Source: Naegleria gruberi (taxonomy: Eukaryota). Taken from it: 64,000 nt of DNA. The position numbers were made by a program, and so were the translations under genes. Positions 11,131 through 21,755 of the stretch are shown here, piece by piece (the first letter of the stretch is position 1; each line of letters opens with the position of its first letter). The notes below the pieces were generated by a model. It had not been told where the DNA came from and ran no database searches. It was given only the letters and a program-made list of their open reading frames with translations. The stretch lies in NCBI GenBank assembly GCA_000004985.1, contig GG738926.1. One strand, written 5' to 3'.

Positions 11131-13116
11131 ATGTCATCCATGTGGCTTTCAAGTGCATCAACCATTGACATTTCTCATCTGGTGGTTTCAACTTCATATC
11201 AACTAAACGAAACCCTTTCGAATAATTCCACAAATTCAACAATATGCCATCCCATTCTCTTTCAATTGGGCAACTTTTCCCGCGAATCCACTCCACAAGA
11301 ACTCTACGGACTTTGCCCCGACGCTCTCACCACTCCAATCTTTAGTTCAATTTTATTATTTCTAATCATTCTCATGTCCATGGCCAGCATTTTAGGAATC
11401 ATTGCCTACAGACACAGTGGACACATCAAAGCCAGAGGTGCAACCACCATTTCCCTCTCAGTTTGTGTCCATCTGGTGTTCGTGTCCATTTTCTTCCTTC
11501 GTCTAATGATCGATCGAAAGACATTTCCGTGTGCAATTTATACATTGCTCTATTTTTTATTACCGGCAGCTGTTACATTACCCATGATATTGAGGTGCAT
11601 TCGTCTCTATTCAATGTACAAATTGAATTTAATCAAGACGAGGATATTTGATGTGGATGGAGTGGATTCGGTGAATGGTGGAGGTGGACGAAAGAAAACT
11701 AATGAAATGGTGAAGAAGGAAGAAATTGTGAGTTCAGTAGTGGAAATTGTGGAAGAATCGAACCATGTGGAAATGAAGAATTTTGAGAATCGTCAACATT
11801 CGGTTCATTTTGAAAAAGTGTTGAGTGAATCGACAATTAATCAAGAAACACCTTCTTCATTGAATACCACCTCAATAACTCATAACAGTTCATCCAATGT
11901 CGATTCTCTAAATAATTCAGGAATAGACGAAACTCTCAAGCAACAGGAAAATAATTTACAAATCTTGTCAGAGGTGAAGGGAACTCAATCGACTTTTGAC
12001 GTGAATGAAAATATTCACACCAATGATGAATCAACAGTGACTGACGATGAGGACATTACCAACACTTTCACATTGAATACTTCACGGTCAACTTGGAATC
12101 TTTCAGACATTAATTCAAAGGAAGTTCAATCACAAGCCAGAAAGCTCAATATTTTGACATTTATTTCATCGTACAAGTTTATGGTAATTTGCTATGCCTG
12201 TTTGCTGATTTTACAATTTTTGCTATGGCTTGGTTTGGGAGGAATTGAGGAGATTATTTTTACAGTTTCTCCTCCTGCAGATAATTCAAGAATTTTCCTA
12301 TTGGAAGGAGGAATGTTACTCTTCTCTCATGGATGCAGTATCAGTACCAAGTTTGTCATTATATTTGGAGTGATTACTGTCATTTACTTTATTATTGAGA
12401 TTGGTGCATTCATTTTGTGTCTGTTTGCTGATAGAGATACTTGGAATATTAAGAAGGAAACTGTCATTTTGCTAATTTTTCAAGTAATATGTCTACTCTT
12501 GTTTGTCATTACGGGAAATATTGACATTATTGTGATATTGACAGATTATTTTATTCCATACGGATATACCTTAATGATCTATTCCTATATTGAAATTCTG
12601 ATTTATTCCCTTATTCCAATAATGAGATCCATGTATGAAAATTACAAAAAGAAACGTCAGGTAAAATTCATGCAACAGGAGGCCTCAGAATTGAGCAAAT
12701 CAACAAGTTCCTACCATTTGAAACCTGTCCCATTGTCAGATGTCGAACGAGTTCTTATGAATAAGAGAACATTTAACATTGTTTTGGATTTTGGAAGAAG
12801 ATCCTATTGTGTGGAATCAGTTCTTGCATGGAGAGACATCCAGAGGTATCAAAAATCGAGAAGACATAGAAAGAAAATTGCCCAACACATTATTAGTACC
12901 TATTTAACAATTGGATCTCCTTTCGAATTGAATATTTCGAATATTGAAAAGAAACGATTGGAATACTCAACTATTATTGAGGAATCTAAGAAATTGGAAA
13001 GTTCTTTATTTGATTCTTTAGAATCACATTGTCTGTCAGATATGACAGATTTATTCGATCGGTTGAGATCATCAAATGCTGAAATTGATACCCTAGTCAA
13101 GTCATTTAAAAACTAA
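11131..13116 (+). CDS. 7TM receptor-like protein with C-terminal RGS domain, 661 aa
   Basis: Single exon. Seven predicted TM helices include IFSSILLFLIILMSMASILGIIAY and YGYTLMIYSYIEILIYSLIPIM. A long S/T/N-rich loop sits between TM3 and TM4. The C-terminal ~130 aa match RGS-fold signatures (F..VLDFGRRSYCVESVLAWRDIQRY ... LFDSLESHCLSDMTDLFDRLRSS). It is a paralog of the minus-strand gene at 1..1565. Confidence 0.7.
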   Translation: MSSMWLSSASTIDISHLVVSTSYQLNETLSNNSTNSTICHPILFQLGNFSRESTPQELYGLCPDALTTPIFSSILLFLIILMSMASILGIIAYRHSGHIKARGATTISLSVCVHLVFVSIFFLRLMIDRKTFPCAIYTLLYFLLPAAVTLPMILRCIRLYSMYKLNLIKTRIFDVDGVDSVNGGGGRKKTNEMVKKEEIVSSVVEIVEESNHVEMKNFENRQHSVHFEKVLSESTINQETPSSLNTTSITHNSSSNVDSLNNSGIDETLKQQENNLQILSEVKGTQSTFDVNENIHTNDESTVTDDEDITNTFTLNTSRSTWNLSDINSKEVQSQARKLNILTFISSYKFMVICYACLLILQFLLWLGLGGIEEIIFTVSPPADNSRIFLLEGGMLLFSHGCSISTKFVIIFGVITVIYFIIEIGAFILCLFADRDTWNIKKETVILLIFQVICLLLFVITGNIDIIVILTDYFIPYGYTLMIYSYIEILIYSLIPIMRSMYENYKKKRQVKFMQQEASELSKSTSSYHLKPVPLSDVERVLMNKRTFNIVLDFGRRSYCVESVLAWRDIQRYQKSRRHRKKIAQHIISTYLTIGSPFELNISNIEKKRLEYSTIIEESKKLESSLFDSLESHCLSDMTDLFDRLRSSNAEIDTLVKSFKN

Positions 13117-13260
13117 TTTAACCTATTCAATATTTTAAATTGTTTCATTCCCATTTTCTTAAAATTGCCAACTGGAAAGTTTACAATGGCTTAATTCCTA
13201 TAATTAGTCCACAAAGTTTGTGTTGTAAACAGCACTCTAGTCCTTCCATTTCAAAAAAAA

Positions 13261-14196
13261 ATGAAACTACTTGAGCTTCCCATTGAGATGATCCTCCACA
13301 TGATTGATTTTATTATCGAAAAGGATCCGCTCCGATCAAGATTTCCAGAAAATATTAAAAATTTGTGTAAATTGGATTTAATTTCCATGGAACTTTCGAA
13401 TCATCCTCTCTTTCATCAGCATTTGGATAATTACTGGGAAATTATCTTGCTCCATTTCGTCCATATTACCCTCGACAAAAATGGAAAAGTTAATGGTGCT
13501 AAAAGTGGAATTGAATTTTCCACAGTTGGATTTGAAGCTAATTTCAATCCGATAAAGGAAAGGAAAATGTGTAAAATGTGTTTCTTCACGATCAATAGCA
13601 TTGAAAAGCTAAAATTTAAAGCGTTTCGTATTCAACTTTTGCATGATTTATCCGAAAGTTCAAAACCAGTGTTAGAAACCTATAATTTGTTGAGAGTATT
13701 TACAGAAGAAACATCATCCGTTAATTTTGGCAAATCATACATGATGCAGGTTGTTAGAACAGCCCAAAATAATTACGTTACATACGATCGTAAGTTTACA
13801 ACAAATTTTTGTAAAAAGTTAAATTTTAAAATTCAAGAAAAAAAAACAAATTCTTTTGTAATCTTTCCAAAAACATTGAAATCACTTTCTGAATTTGTGG
13901 AATTGGCTGACAGTAGAGATTCCACCACCCCAAAATTAATTTGTTTATGTGAAGAATCTGAATTGAGTTTCGAACAAGTTTCAAATTATGTGGAAACTCA
14001 AAAAGTAACCGATTGTGAAATTATTGGAATAGGAAAAGGAGAAGATTTGGAACTCATCAACAAATCCCTTAAAAATCTTGTAGAAACTTCTTATTTTCAT
14101 GAATCTGGGCTTTTATATTTGGAAAGGAGAAATAATATTCGAAAGTTTGCCAAAAAAATTCCTAATTTTCATGAAACAATTCCTAATTTGGATTGA
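13261..14196 (+). CDS. Hypothetical protein with an F-box-like N-terminus, 311 aa
   Basis: The ORF starts at a real ATG. The N-terminus (MKLLELPIEMILHMIDFII) resembles an F-box. The ORF contains an in-frame candidate 48-nt intron at 13790..13837 (see findings). Confidence 0.5.
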   Translation: MKLLELPIEMILHMIDFIIEKDPLRSRFPENIKNLCKLDLISMELSNHPLFHQHLDNYWEIILLHFVHITLDKNGKVNGAKSGIEFSTVGFEANFNPIKERKMCKMCFFTINSIEKLKFKAFRIQLLHDLSESSKPVLETYNLLRVFTEETSSVNFGKSYMMQVVRTAQNNYVTYDRKFTTNFCKKLNFKIQEKKTNSFVIFPKTLKSLSEFVELADSRDSTTPKLICLCEESELSFEQVSNYVETQKVTDCEIIGIGKGEDLELINKSLKNLVETSYFHESGLLYLERRNNIRKFAKKIPNFHETIPNLD

Positions 14197-14286
14197 TGAG
14201 CTTATTTCATGAAACTTTTTGAGAATTAAAATATTTAACATAAAAAAATATTTAATTTTTATTACAAAATAATTTAATAAAAAAAA

Positions 14287-16938
14287 ATGTCAGAATCAAA
14301 TCTTGATCGTCTGATCACGCTCTCGGATCTACGAAACAACTTTTCCGCAATCAAAAGCCTCACCAACACGACCTTTGCAAAAGAATACAAAAACGACGAA
14401 TTATTTTATCAGAATTTGCTGGAAACACAACAAAAAGAAATTTTACCAATTCTCCAGCAGTATAGCATGTCAAATTTGTATAGTGAGTGCATACATAGAA
14501 CGTTGGAAATTGGTGATAATGATGGTGAGAAGGAAATTTGTATGAAAACAATATTGTTAATATATGTGTACATGTTGGAAATTTCAAAAAGTGGATACAC
14601 TTGGAATATTCCAGAGTTTCGATTGTTTATTTATTATGTGGAAGAGAAGGCATTAAAACAGTTCTTTGATTGTTGTAAAAGAATTTATCAATCAAAACAA
14701 GAAGCTGAGTTAGAAACTGGAGTGGAGAGTTTGGAAAATTGGCAATATTTCATATTGCATATTTACATTCGTATACACAATGATATTATTACAATCGATA
14801 ATGGAATTGAAGGATTCACTGAATGCCCTCCCTTCTGTGTCTTATTGACACTTTCTAAATACTTTTGTGAGAAGAGGGACAAATTCGTCAATGAAAATCC
14901 TGGAAAATTCTGGAAAAAGAGCAAAATTGAAAGCTTTGTATTGCACAACCACTTGTTGTTTTGGAATAGATTGATTGAAGTAATATATGAAATTGATATT
15001 TCCTCCCACTCATCAGATGCTGTTTATAGAGCAAAATTGAAAACTACTGTCTTTGCTAAAGTTGTAATGGACTGCTTTTATAATATTGCAGACCTTAACT
15101 CCACAAAGAAGGAAGGGAATTCATTTCGTGTTGTTTTGTTGATTATAGCCAAATTGTCTCACGTATCTCCTCTCCACTATGATCTATTAATGAAGTTAAT
15201 GGCACATGACTATGAACAGATCAAAAATACCCCTGACTCGACTGTGCTTTCTGCCAATGATATTTCGAAGTCTGGAGAGATTGCCAACTCTAAATACTGT
15301 GGAAAATATGCATGGATAATTAAGCACAAAATATTGAGCATAATAAGTTCACTACTGAATGATGTTGCCGGACTAGGAACAAATATGCAATTTGTTTCAG
15401 ATTATTTTTATTATTTCAATTTCATTACTGAAATGTTGAAAAATGAATCTGAAATTGAATCAGGAAGTTTATTGGGACAGCAGGCAATTATTACTGCAAT
15501 TGAAACTATTTCATTGAATGCCAATTTAAATAGAGAAGAGTGTACAGTGCTTTCAGAACATGAATCGAACGTATTGAATTACTGCAAGAAGTTGATCTTC
15601 TCAAAAAATAGAAGATTAAGAAGACTGACTAATACCTATCTTGGTAAATTCTTTGACAAAACTGAATATTGTTCTGATGATTTACTAAAATCAATTATTC
15701 AGTCTCATGAATTGGTTACTGATGATGTCACTGATTTTTGCGAGATGCTACAGGGAGTAGCTAAATGCTTTGGAAATGATCATTCAATTGTTGGAGAATC
15801 AGTTTTGGAAAGCTTTGGATCATTAATTTACAAAATCTTTGAAATAGTATGTGTGGATGATAAAAAGAAATATTTGCAAGATTCTAAAGATAAAGGTGAA
15901 GAAGGAATGATGAAAATTCATAAGAGAAATGTAGAAAAAGTATTTGAGTTACTTGAAGAAACCTATTCATTAATTCAAAAACATATCCAACTTGAAGTAC
16001 TTCTTACATATATGAAGAAAACAACAGAGGAACTGGTTGACAACGTTGGTGCTTTAGATACATCTATTCTTCCATTATTTTCTCTAGTTCTTAATGAAAT
16101 TTGTGTGTCAACCAAAACAGATGATTTAGTAGAATCGTTTGAAAAGCTTGGATATTATCAATTCCTAATTGAATTCATAGAATTTTTCATTAATGAAGGA
16201 GAACATTTTTCACTTATTGAAGTTGGCCCAATATTCATTCTCATTGCATGTCTGAGTGATATTCAACTATTACACACCAAATTTACAATAGATATGGTTA
16301 GTGAACACAAAATGCATGGAAAACAAAGTATTAGGAATTTTGTTTACGATTACCTCATTCCAATTATTATTAAGAGCTCCAATTTACCAATTGATATTCA
16401 TGAATACATCGGAGGGGAACGCTACTTTTGTTATTTGGATAAAATTAGTGAATCTTACTACGCATGGAACAGAATAATGTTGAATGATATTGCATACACT
16501 GGACGATGTCAGATACTGCCTTCAATTATTGATAGCTCAACAAAACGGATAAGGGAAGATCTCCAAACTCTATTAGGTTTAGAAAAGCCATTGACTGAAG
16601 AAGATGCTTTGGATGAAGCAATATCAAATGCAGTTATTACTTTGATACTACTAAATAGACACCAAATAGAAAAGGTAGCTGAAATTGTTATGCAATTCAT
16701 GCCAGTAATATACAAGGATTCCTTTTATGAAATTATGGTGCACAGATATGGAAGGGTTAATATTTTAATCACATTAATGGAAATAGTTGAATACTCAATG
16801 TATATTGGCATTTTCAAATTTAATTATTTAACAGAGGAGTGGATAATTGGTTTGCTTGAACAACCAATGAACAATATCTATTTAAGAGCATTAATTCAAA
16901 GAGTTTTTGCTCACATTGAAATTTCGAATGCTTATTAG
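14287..16938 (+). CDS. Large hypothetical protein (883 aa, predicted mostly alpha-helical)
   Basis: A long uninterrupted ORF with a real ATG. I recognise no catalytic motif. The composition is consistent with an ARM/HEAT-like helical scaffold. Confidence 0.55.
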   Translation: MSESNLDRLITLSDLRNNFSAIKSLTNTTFAKEYKNDELFYQNLLETQQKEILPILQQYSMSNLYSECIHRTLEIGDNDGEKEICMKTILLIYVYMLEISKSGYTWNIPEFRLFIYYVEEKALKQFFDCCKRIYQSKQEAELETGVESLENWQYFILHIYIRIHNDIITIDNGIEGFTECPPFCVLLTLSKYFCEKRDKFVNENPGKFWKKSKIESFVLHNHLLFWNRLIEVIYEIDISSHSSDAVYRAKLKTTVFAKVVMDCFYNIADLNSTKKEGNSFRVVLLIIAKLSHVSPLHYDLLMKLMAHDYEQIKNTPDSTVLSANDISKSGEIANSKYCGKYAWIIKHKILSIISSLLNDVAGLGTNMQFVSDYFYYFNFITEMLKNESEIESGSLLGQQAIITAIETISLNANLNREECTVLSEHESNVLNYCKKLIFSKNRRLRRLTNTYLGKFFDKTEYCSDDLLKSIIQSHELVTDDVTDFCEMLQGVAKCFGNDHSIVGESVLESFGSLIYKIFEIVCVDDKKKYLQDSKDKGEEGMMKIHKRNVEKVFELLEETYSLIQKHIQLEVLLTYMKKTTEELVDNVGALDTSILPLFSLVLNEICVSTKTDDLVESFEKLGYYQFLIEFIEFFINEGEHFSLIEVGPIFILIACLSDIQLLHTKFTIDMVSEHKMHGKQSIRNFVYDYLIPIIIKSSNLPIDIHEYIGGERYFCYLDKISESYYAWNRIMLNDIAYTGRCQILPSIIDSSTKRIREDLQTLLGLEKPLTEEDALDEAISNAVITLILLNRHQIEKVAEIVMQFMPVIYKDSFYEIMVHRYGRVNILITLMEIVEYSMYIGIFKFNYLTEEWIIGLLEQPMNNIYLRALIQRVFAHIEISNAY

Positions 16939-17180
16939 AAATGCATCAAGGAAGTATTAGATTTTGTAAAAAACCTTTCTTAAGCCACATATTTCCTAGA
17001 TTTTCGATAAATTTTTAAATTAAAAAAAGTTTAAAAAAAAATTCAAAGACTTTTTCTCTTCTTTTGAATTCACCGTAATTCTTTAATTTGCTCTCGTTTC
17101 TTCTTACCTGGCAAAAAGCAAACCATCCAACTACAACACTTCAACCACATCCACCATTTCTTTGTAGCTTTCTATAGAAA

Positions 17181-18176
17181 ATGTACACTAATGAAAATAC
17201 CTTTAGCGACAATACTGATGAAGAATTGTTTGACTTTAATTTTGGTTTTCCGTTAACTCATGATGATGAACAAGTATTGTCAACAACCACTGAATATTTA
17301 GGTAGCTTCCAACAACAAAAAGAACATTTACAAGAAGATTTTTCAACAACTTCAGTTGATTCTGTCTTTGTTGATGATCAAGATTTGGTTGATGGTTTTG
17401 CTGCTTTGGAGCAACAAGAAGCTCAACTTATGAGCAATTTGCATGCTTTTGTCTCCATGTATTCTACAGTAGAGATGGATATTCTTGTTGATCAATATTC
17501 ATTAGCTTCACCAACAACAAGAACTTTCCTCAGTCTTGATCAAAACACTTCTCCTGAAAGTGTTGTCGATCAAGTTGTTATTGGCAAGAAGTCTTCCAAA
17601 GACATCTCCAAAGGAAAGTTTGAACACTCTTCGTTTGTGGAAAAGAGAACCAAGAAGGCAAAGAAATCAGAAGAGCAATCGATCAAGAAACGTGCAAAGA
17701 AGTCTTCTCCTGATTTATGGGAACACACAAAATTCTCTGAGAGTGCACCTTACTTTGAGATTGTCACTGATGTGAAGGAGATGGAGCTGATTCTTGAAGT
17801 AGCTCAAACAAAACGAAGACAAAATGGTCCACTAAATTCAGATAAGAATGATATTGTCCATTACTGTGATTTGTCGTACAAGATTGAACAATTGGATATC
17901 AACAAGGTAAATTATGTTTCCCTTAAAGGTTTACTTGATAAGAAGACCATTTACAATGGTGAAAAGTCATCCAAAAGTTATACATGGATTAGATTGAAGG
18001 GTACGTCAGAGTACTTCTTTTTATATTGCCAAACTGGCAAAACCAATGCTGTTCATAACATCATGTCAATCAACAATACTGAACTGGTCAGTACAAGATC
18101 TGACCATCTCTCTAAATATTCTGCAAAATGTTCTGACACTGTCAGAATCATAGGTCCAAAACAAACCAAGTACTAA
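17181..18176 (+). CDS. Hypothetical protein, acidic N-terminus with a basic KKRAKK (NLS-like) middle, 331 aa
   Basis: Single ORF with a real ATG. I recognise no domain. Confidence 0.5.
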   Translation: MYTNENTFSDNTDEELFDFNFGFPLTHDDEQVLSTTTEYLGSFQQQKEHLQEDFSTTSVDSVFVDDQDLVDGFAALEQQEAQLMSNLHAFVSMYSTVEMDILVDQYSLASPTTRTFLSLDQNTSPESVVDQVVIGKKSSKDISKGKFEHSSFVEKRTKKAKKSEEQSIKKRAKKSSPDLWEHTKFSESAPYFEIVTDVKEMELILEVAQTKRRQNGPLNSDKNDIVHYCDLSYKIEQLDINKVNYVSLKGLLDKKTIYNGEKSSKSYTWIRLKGTSEYFFLYCQTGKTNAVHNIMSINNTELVSTRSDHLSKYSAKCSDTVRIIGPKQTKY

Positions 18177-18903
18177 CCTACCTGGTTTGCTATGAACCTC
18201 GCAAGCGAATACTTAATTTCCCTCAATATTACTCTCAGTATCATACATAAGGATTCACCCATCTTATGTGTGATATTGCTGTGATACGGATTGGAAAATA
18301 AGGTTTCTATTGCGAATTGAATTCAATCATTGTTTTAATAATTAAATAAAATTCTTTGTAAATAACATAATTAAATTTAATACTCGGATCAGCATTGAAA
18401 TTAATCATTTAAAAATTCAATAATTCAATGATGTTAAGGGTGGAACAAGTTTTATTATTACATTCTTTGCACGTTTCTTCAAAAAAGGATGATGAAAATC
18501 CACCTTTGAACAACGTGATTTCCAACCTCACGTTTCATCCATTTCAATCCTGCACCTAAAGTGATGATTTCAAAGCTTTAAAGAAGGTTACGTTCCTTCA
18601 TCAAAGCCTAAAAAAACAACACAAAAACAATTCGAAAAGTTCTTTCAATACAATAATAACGGCCGTTATTAGGAGGCTCCTATTGATTCAGGAAATTCAT
18701 TTTGTTATATAGATAATATATATTAGTGTGAATTGAAAACGGACGTTAATCATTTTACATTCATCATCACATTTGGGAAAATTAAATTATAAAAGTTGAT
18801 AAATCACTTCCGATTATTCATCATCATCATCAGTGTAAATAGTAACACCACCAAATAATTGTAGTATATAATAGTAGTATTTAAAATAGTATATTAATAA
18901 TAA

Positions 18904-20585
18904 TTGAAAATGCTCAATACAACACTTCATAAACAGAAAAAGAAGGTGAGCAAGAAATCTCAACCTAAAATTCACCAAATTACCATCTCTAAATATATCA
19001 ATGATAAATATGCTCTAAAATCTGTTGAATTGGGAACTGGTTCCTTTGGGGATGTTTATTTGGGAGAGGAAACAGATCCGATCACTAGAAAGAAGAGAGA
19101 TGTGGCTATTAAGAGAGTGAGATTGGAAAGATATGGTCCTGAACATTTCAAATATTTGGTGGCAGAAATTGAAATTATGGCTGGTTGTCAAAATGAGTTT
19201 GTCATGTCACTTGTTGATAAAATTGAAATTCCAAGAAAGGAACTCTATTTGGTAATGGACTTGTGTGAGGCAAATTTTAAATATTACATGAATAATGCAC
19301 GAAAGAGGAGGCAAGATAAGAGATTGCCTTTACTTTCAGAGAAGGAAATTCAATATTGGATAAAACAAATTAGTAGTGGATTGGGATATTTACATTTGGA
19401 AAAGAAGATTTGCCATCGTGATATTAAACCACATAATTTGCTACTCAAGAAAAAGGGTCACGAAGTTGCTTTTGATTTCTATGCCAAGATTGGAAATTAT
19501 GATGAATATACCATTCTGATTAGTGACTTTGGTCTTTCCAAAGTGTTGGATAGCAATCCAATTGCAGAGACAATTCTTGGAACTCAATGTTATAGATCTC
19601 CACAGCTGGCACTCTTCCAACCATACTCATTCGATGCAGATATATTTGCTTTGGGTGTGGTGCTGTTTGAAATGATTGCTGGTTACTGCTTGTTTGGTGC
19701 TCAAGTTACTAATCCAAAGCCAAAATATGGTGAAATTATTAGTACTTTAACAGAGAATATTGACTGGAGCTTTTTATCTGATGCACTTGATATTTCTCCA
19801 GAGCTGGTAGATCTTCTCTCTGGCATGTTACAATTTGAAGTGGAGAAACGTTTGAATATTGAACAAATTTTGCAACATCCCTTCCTTAATATGGATTTTT
19901 CAGAAAGTGAAGTTACTACTACCAGGTCATTCCATCTGAAACTATACCAACTGTATCATATATTGAAATTCCTCTTACTACCACTACTACAACTGACAAT
20001 GATTCTCCAAACAACTCAACTCAACAACAGCAACAAGTTCCTGTACAAATTATACTACCAACCAGCGAGGAAGAAAAAGAAAAAGAATTGCCAGTTAACG
20101 AACCAATCCAAGTAATACAGTTGGAACGTGATGAGCCAACTCCTACAACCTTTTCAGAATTTGTCTCCTTCTCCTATGAAAGAGTTGGACTGCCCCAAGA
20201 TTATACACGAGTAAGCATTATCAAGGATGAGATTGGTTGTGAACCTGCCCTTGTTAAAACTGAAAAAATTTCCAAGAGCAAACACTCCAAAGTTCTCATT
20301 CTTCTCAGCAGTGACAGCAACAAGGCAATTAATTATTCAATCAAGGTACTAGAGTCGCCAGTCAAACACACACAAACAGGAACAGTTTCTTCTACTGTGG
20401 AATATGAATTGGAGAATATTGAAATGGAAATGATTACTCTAGAGTTTGAATTTACTCATTCTCTCACCAACAGATGGCTTTCTTATTTCACAACTCCAGA
20501 ACAGATTCCATTCACTATTGAAATTTATGTTCAATCGAGAATTCCAGAACATACCTCAACTCTTTCTATTGAATCAATCAATTAA
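18904..20585 (+). CDS. Cytoplasmic Ser/Thr protein kinase with a T/S/Q-rich C-terminal tail; the reading frame switches near 19911-20066
   Basis: The kinase domain is in the frame of ORF 18904..20115 (GTGSFGDVYLG, AIKRV, HRDIKPHNLL, DFGLSK, SPQLA). After ..SESEVTTT that frame degenerates into low-complexity junk. A second frame stays open from 19911 to 20585 with a plausible tail (..IPSETIPTVSYIEIPLTTTTTT..QQQQQ..EEEKEKELPVNEPIQ..) and has no ATG of its own. I read it as one gene with either an unusual intron or an indel. Confidence 0.55.
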
Positions 20586-20907
20586 AATTATTTGTGACTC
20601 TTTCAGAATTGTGAAATTGAGAAATTTGTATGAGAACAATTAGGATAAATGTAAATTTGCAGTTGTTAACTATCCAACGCCTACTGACCTTTCTTTTTCA
20701 ATAGCAAAGTTTATAAAGTACAAGTTTACAACATGTTCCTTTGCTTACGGTTTCAATTAGAAACCATTCGAAATTAGATGAATTCAACTCATTCATTTTA
20801 GAAGAATGTTCTCTTAACTTCCCAAGGGCGCCATCAATTAAAACAAAAAAACCTTCAAATAACAAAGACATGCTCACCTGTCAACATTCAAAAAACAACA
20901 AAAAAAA

Positions 20908-21720
20908 ATGTCACTACGGGACACTATGCGTGAATATAGAAAGGCCACTTTCACCATCTTTGCAGGAATTGGCCTCATTATCTTTGGATTCATCGTTGGA
21001 TTCGTCAGTATTGCCCTGGGAGTCCTCTTCCTCTACACTCCAAGTGATTATTCGTATTCGTCTTCCAAATCCGATTCTGAACTATTTAAATGGGCTGTGA
21101 GTGCTGGTGCATTTGGATTTTGTTGTATCATTGCTGGATATTCAATGATTGGAGGTGGATGCAGAATGTGTTTCTCAAGTTGTTCCGAATGTTGTTCGAA
21201 TGGATGTGGACGAATGGATTGTAGTGATTTTGAGTGTTGTGATTGTGGGTCATGTTGCTCAGATTATTGTTGGAGTTTGGGAGAAATGATGAAGAGTTGT
21301 TGTGGATGTTGTGTTGGAAAGGTAGCAGAGAATCAAGTTTCGTATAATATGGATTCGTATGAGGCGAGTCGTCAGGAACATACTATTGTGCATTTGGTGT
21401 ATGAAAATAATGAAACGAAGGAGGAAATTCCATTGGAAGTTCTTCAAATGCAACAACAACAATTATCAGTGCAACCAATTCATGCTGCAGATGTGAAAAT
21501 TCAAAATCCAAACGTTCCAGCTGAAGATTCTGATAATAATTATTCGAATGATCATCAATATGGTGGATTTAGTGGAGTTGTTGCACCACCTATTCAAGAA
21601 GAACCAACTGTTTCTTCTGCATTTGTGCAAGTTGGCATAGTTGACCAAGCAATGGTTGAATATCATAGATCTGAATCTAATAATGAAGTGATGGAAATCA
21701 ATGCTCCAACACAAGTTTAA
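20908..21720 (+). CDS. Cys-rich two-TM membrane protein, 270 aa
   Basis: The ORF starts at a real ATG. Two TM helices are predicted (IFAGIGLIIFGFIVGFVSIALGVLFLY; AFGFCCIIAGYSMIGGG). A dense CC/CxxC cluster follows (CRMCFSSCSECCSNGCGRMDCSDFECCDCGSCCSDYCW..SCCGCCVGK). Confidence 0.55.
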   Translation: MSLRDTMREYRKATFTIFAGIGLIIFGFIVGFVSIALGVLFLYTPSDYSYSSSKSDSELFKWAVSAGAFGFCCIIAGYSMIGGGCRMCFSSCSECCSNGCGRMDCSDFECCDCGSCCSDYCWSLGEMMKSCCGCCVGKVAENQVSYNMDSYEASRQEHTIVHLVYENNETKEEIPLEVLQMQQQQLSVQPIHAADVKIQNPNVPAEDSDNNYSNDHQYGGFSGVVAPPIQEEPTVSSAFVQVGIVDQAMVEYHRSESNNEVMEINAPTQV

Positions 21721-21755
21721 ATTTCATAAAATCTTAATATCAGGAAATAATTTTT

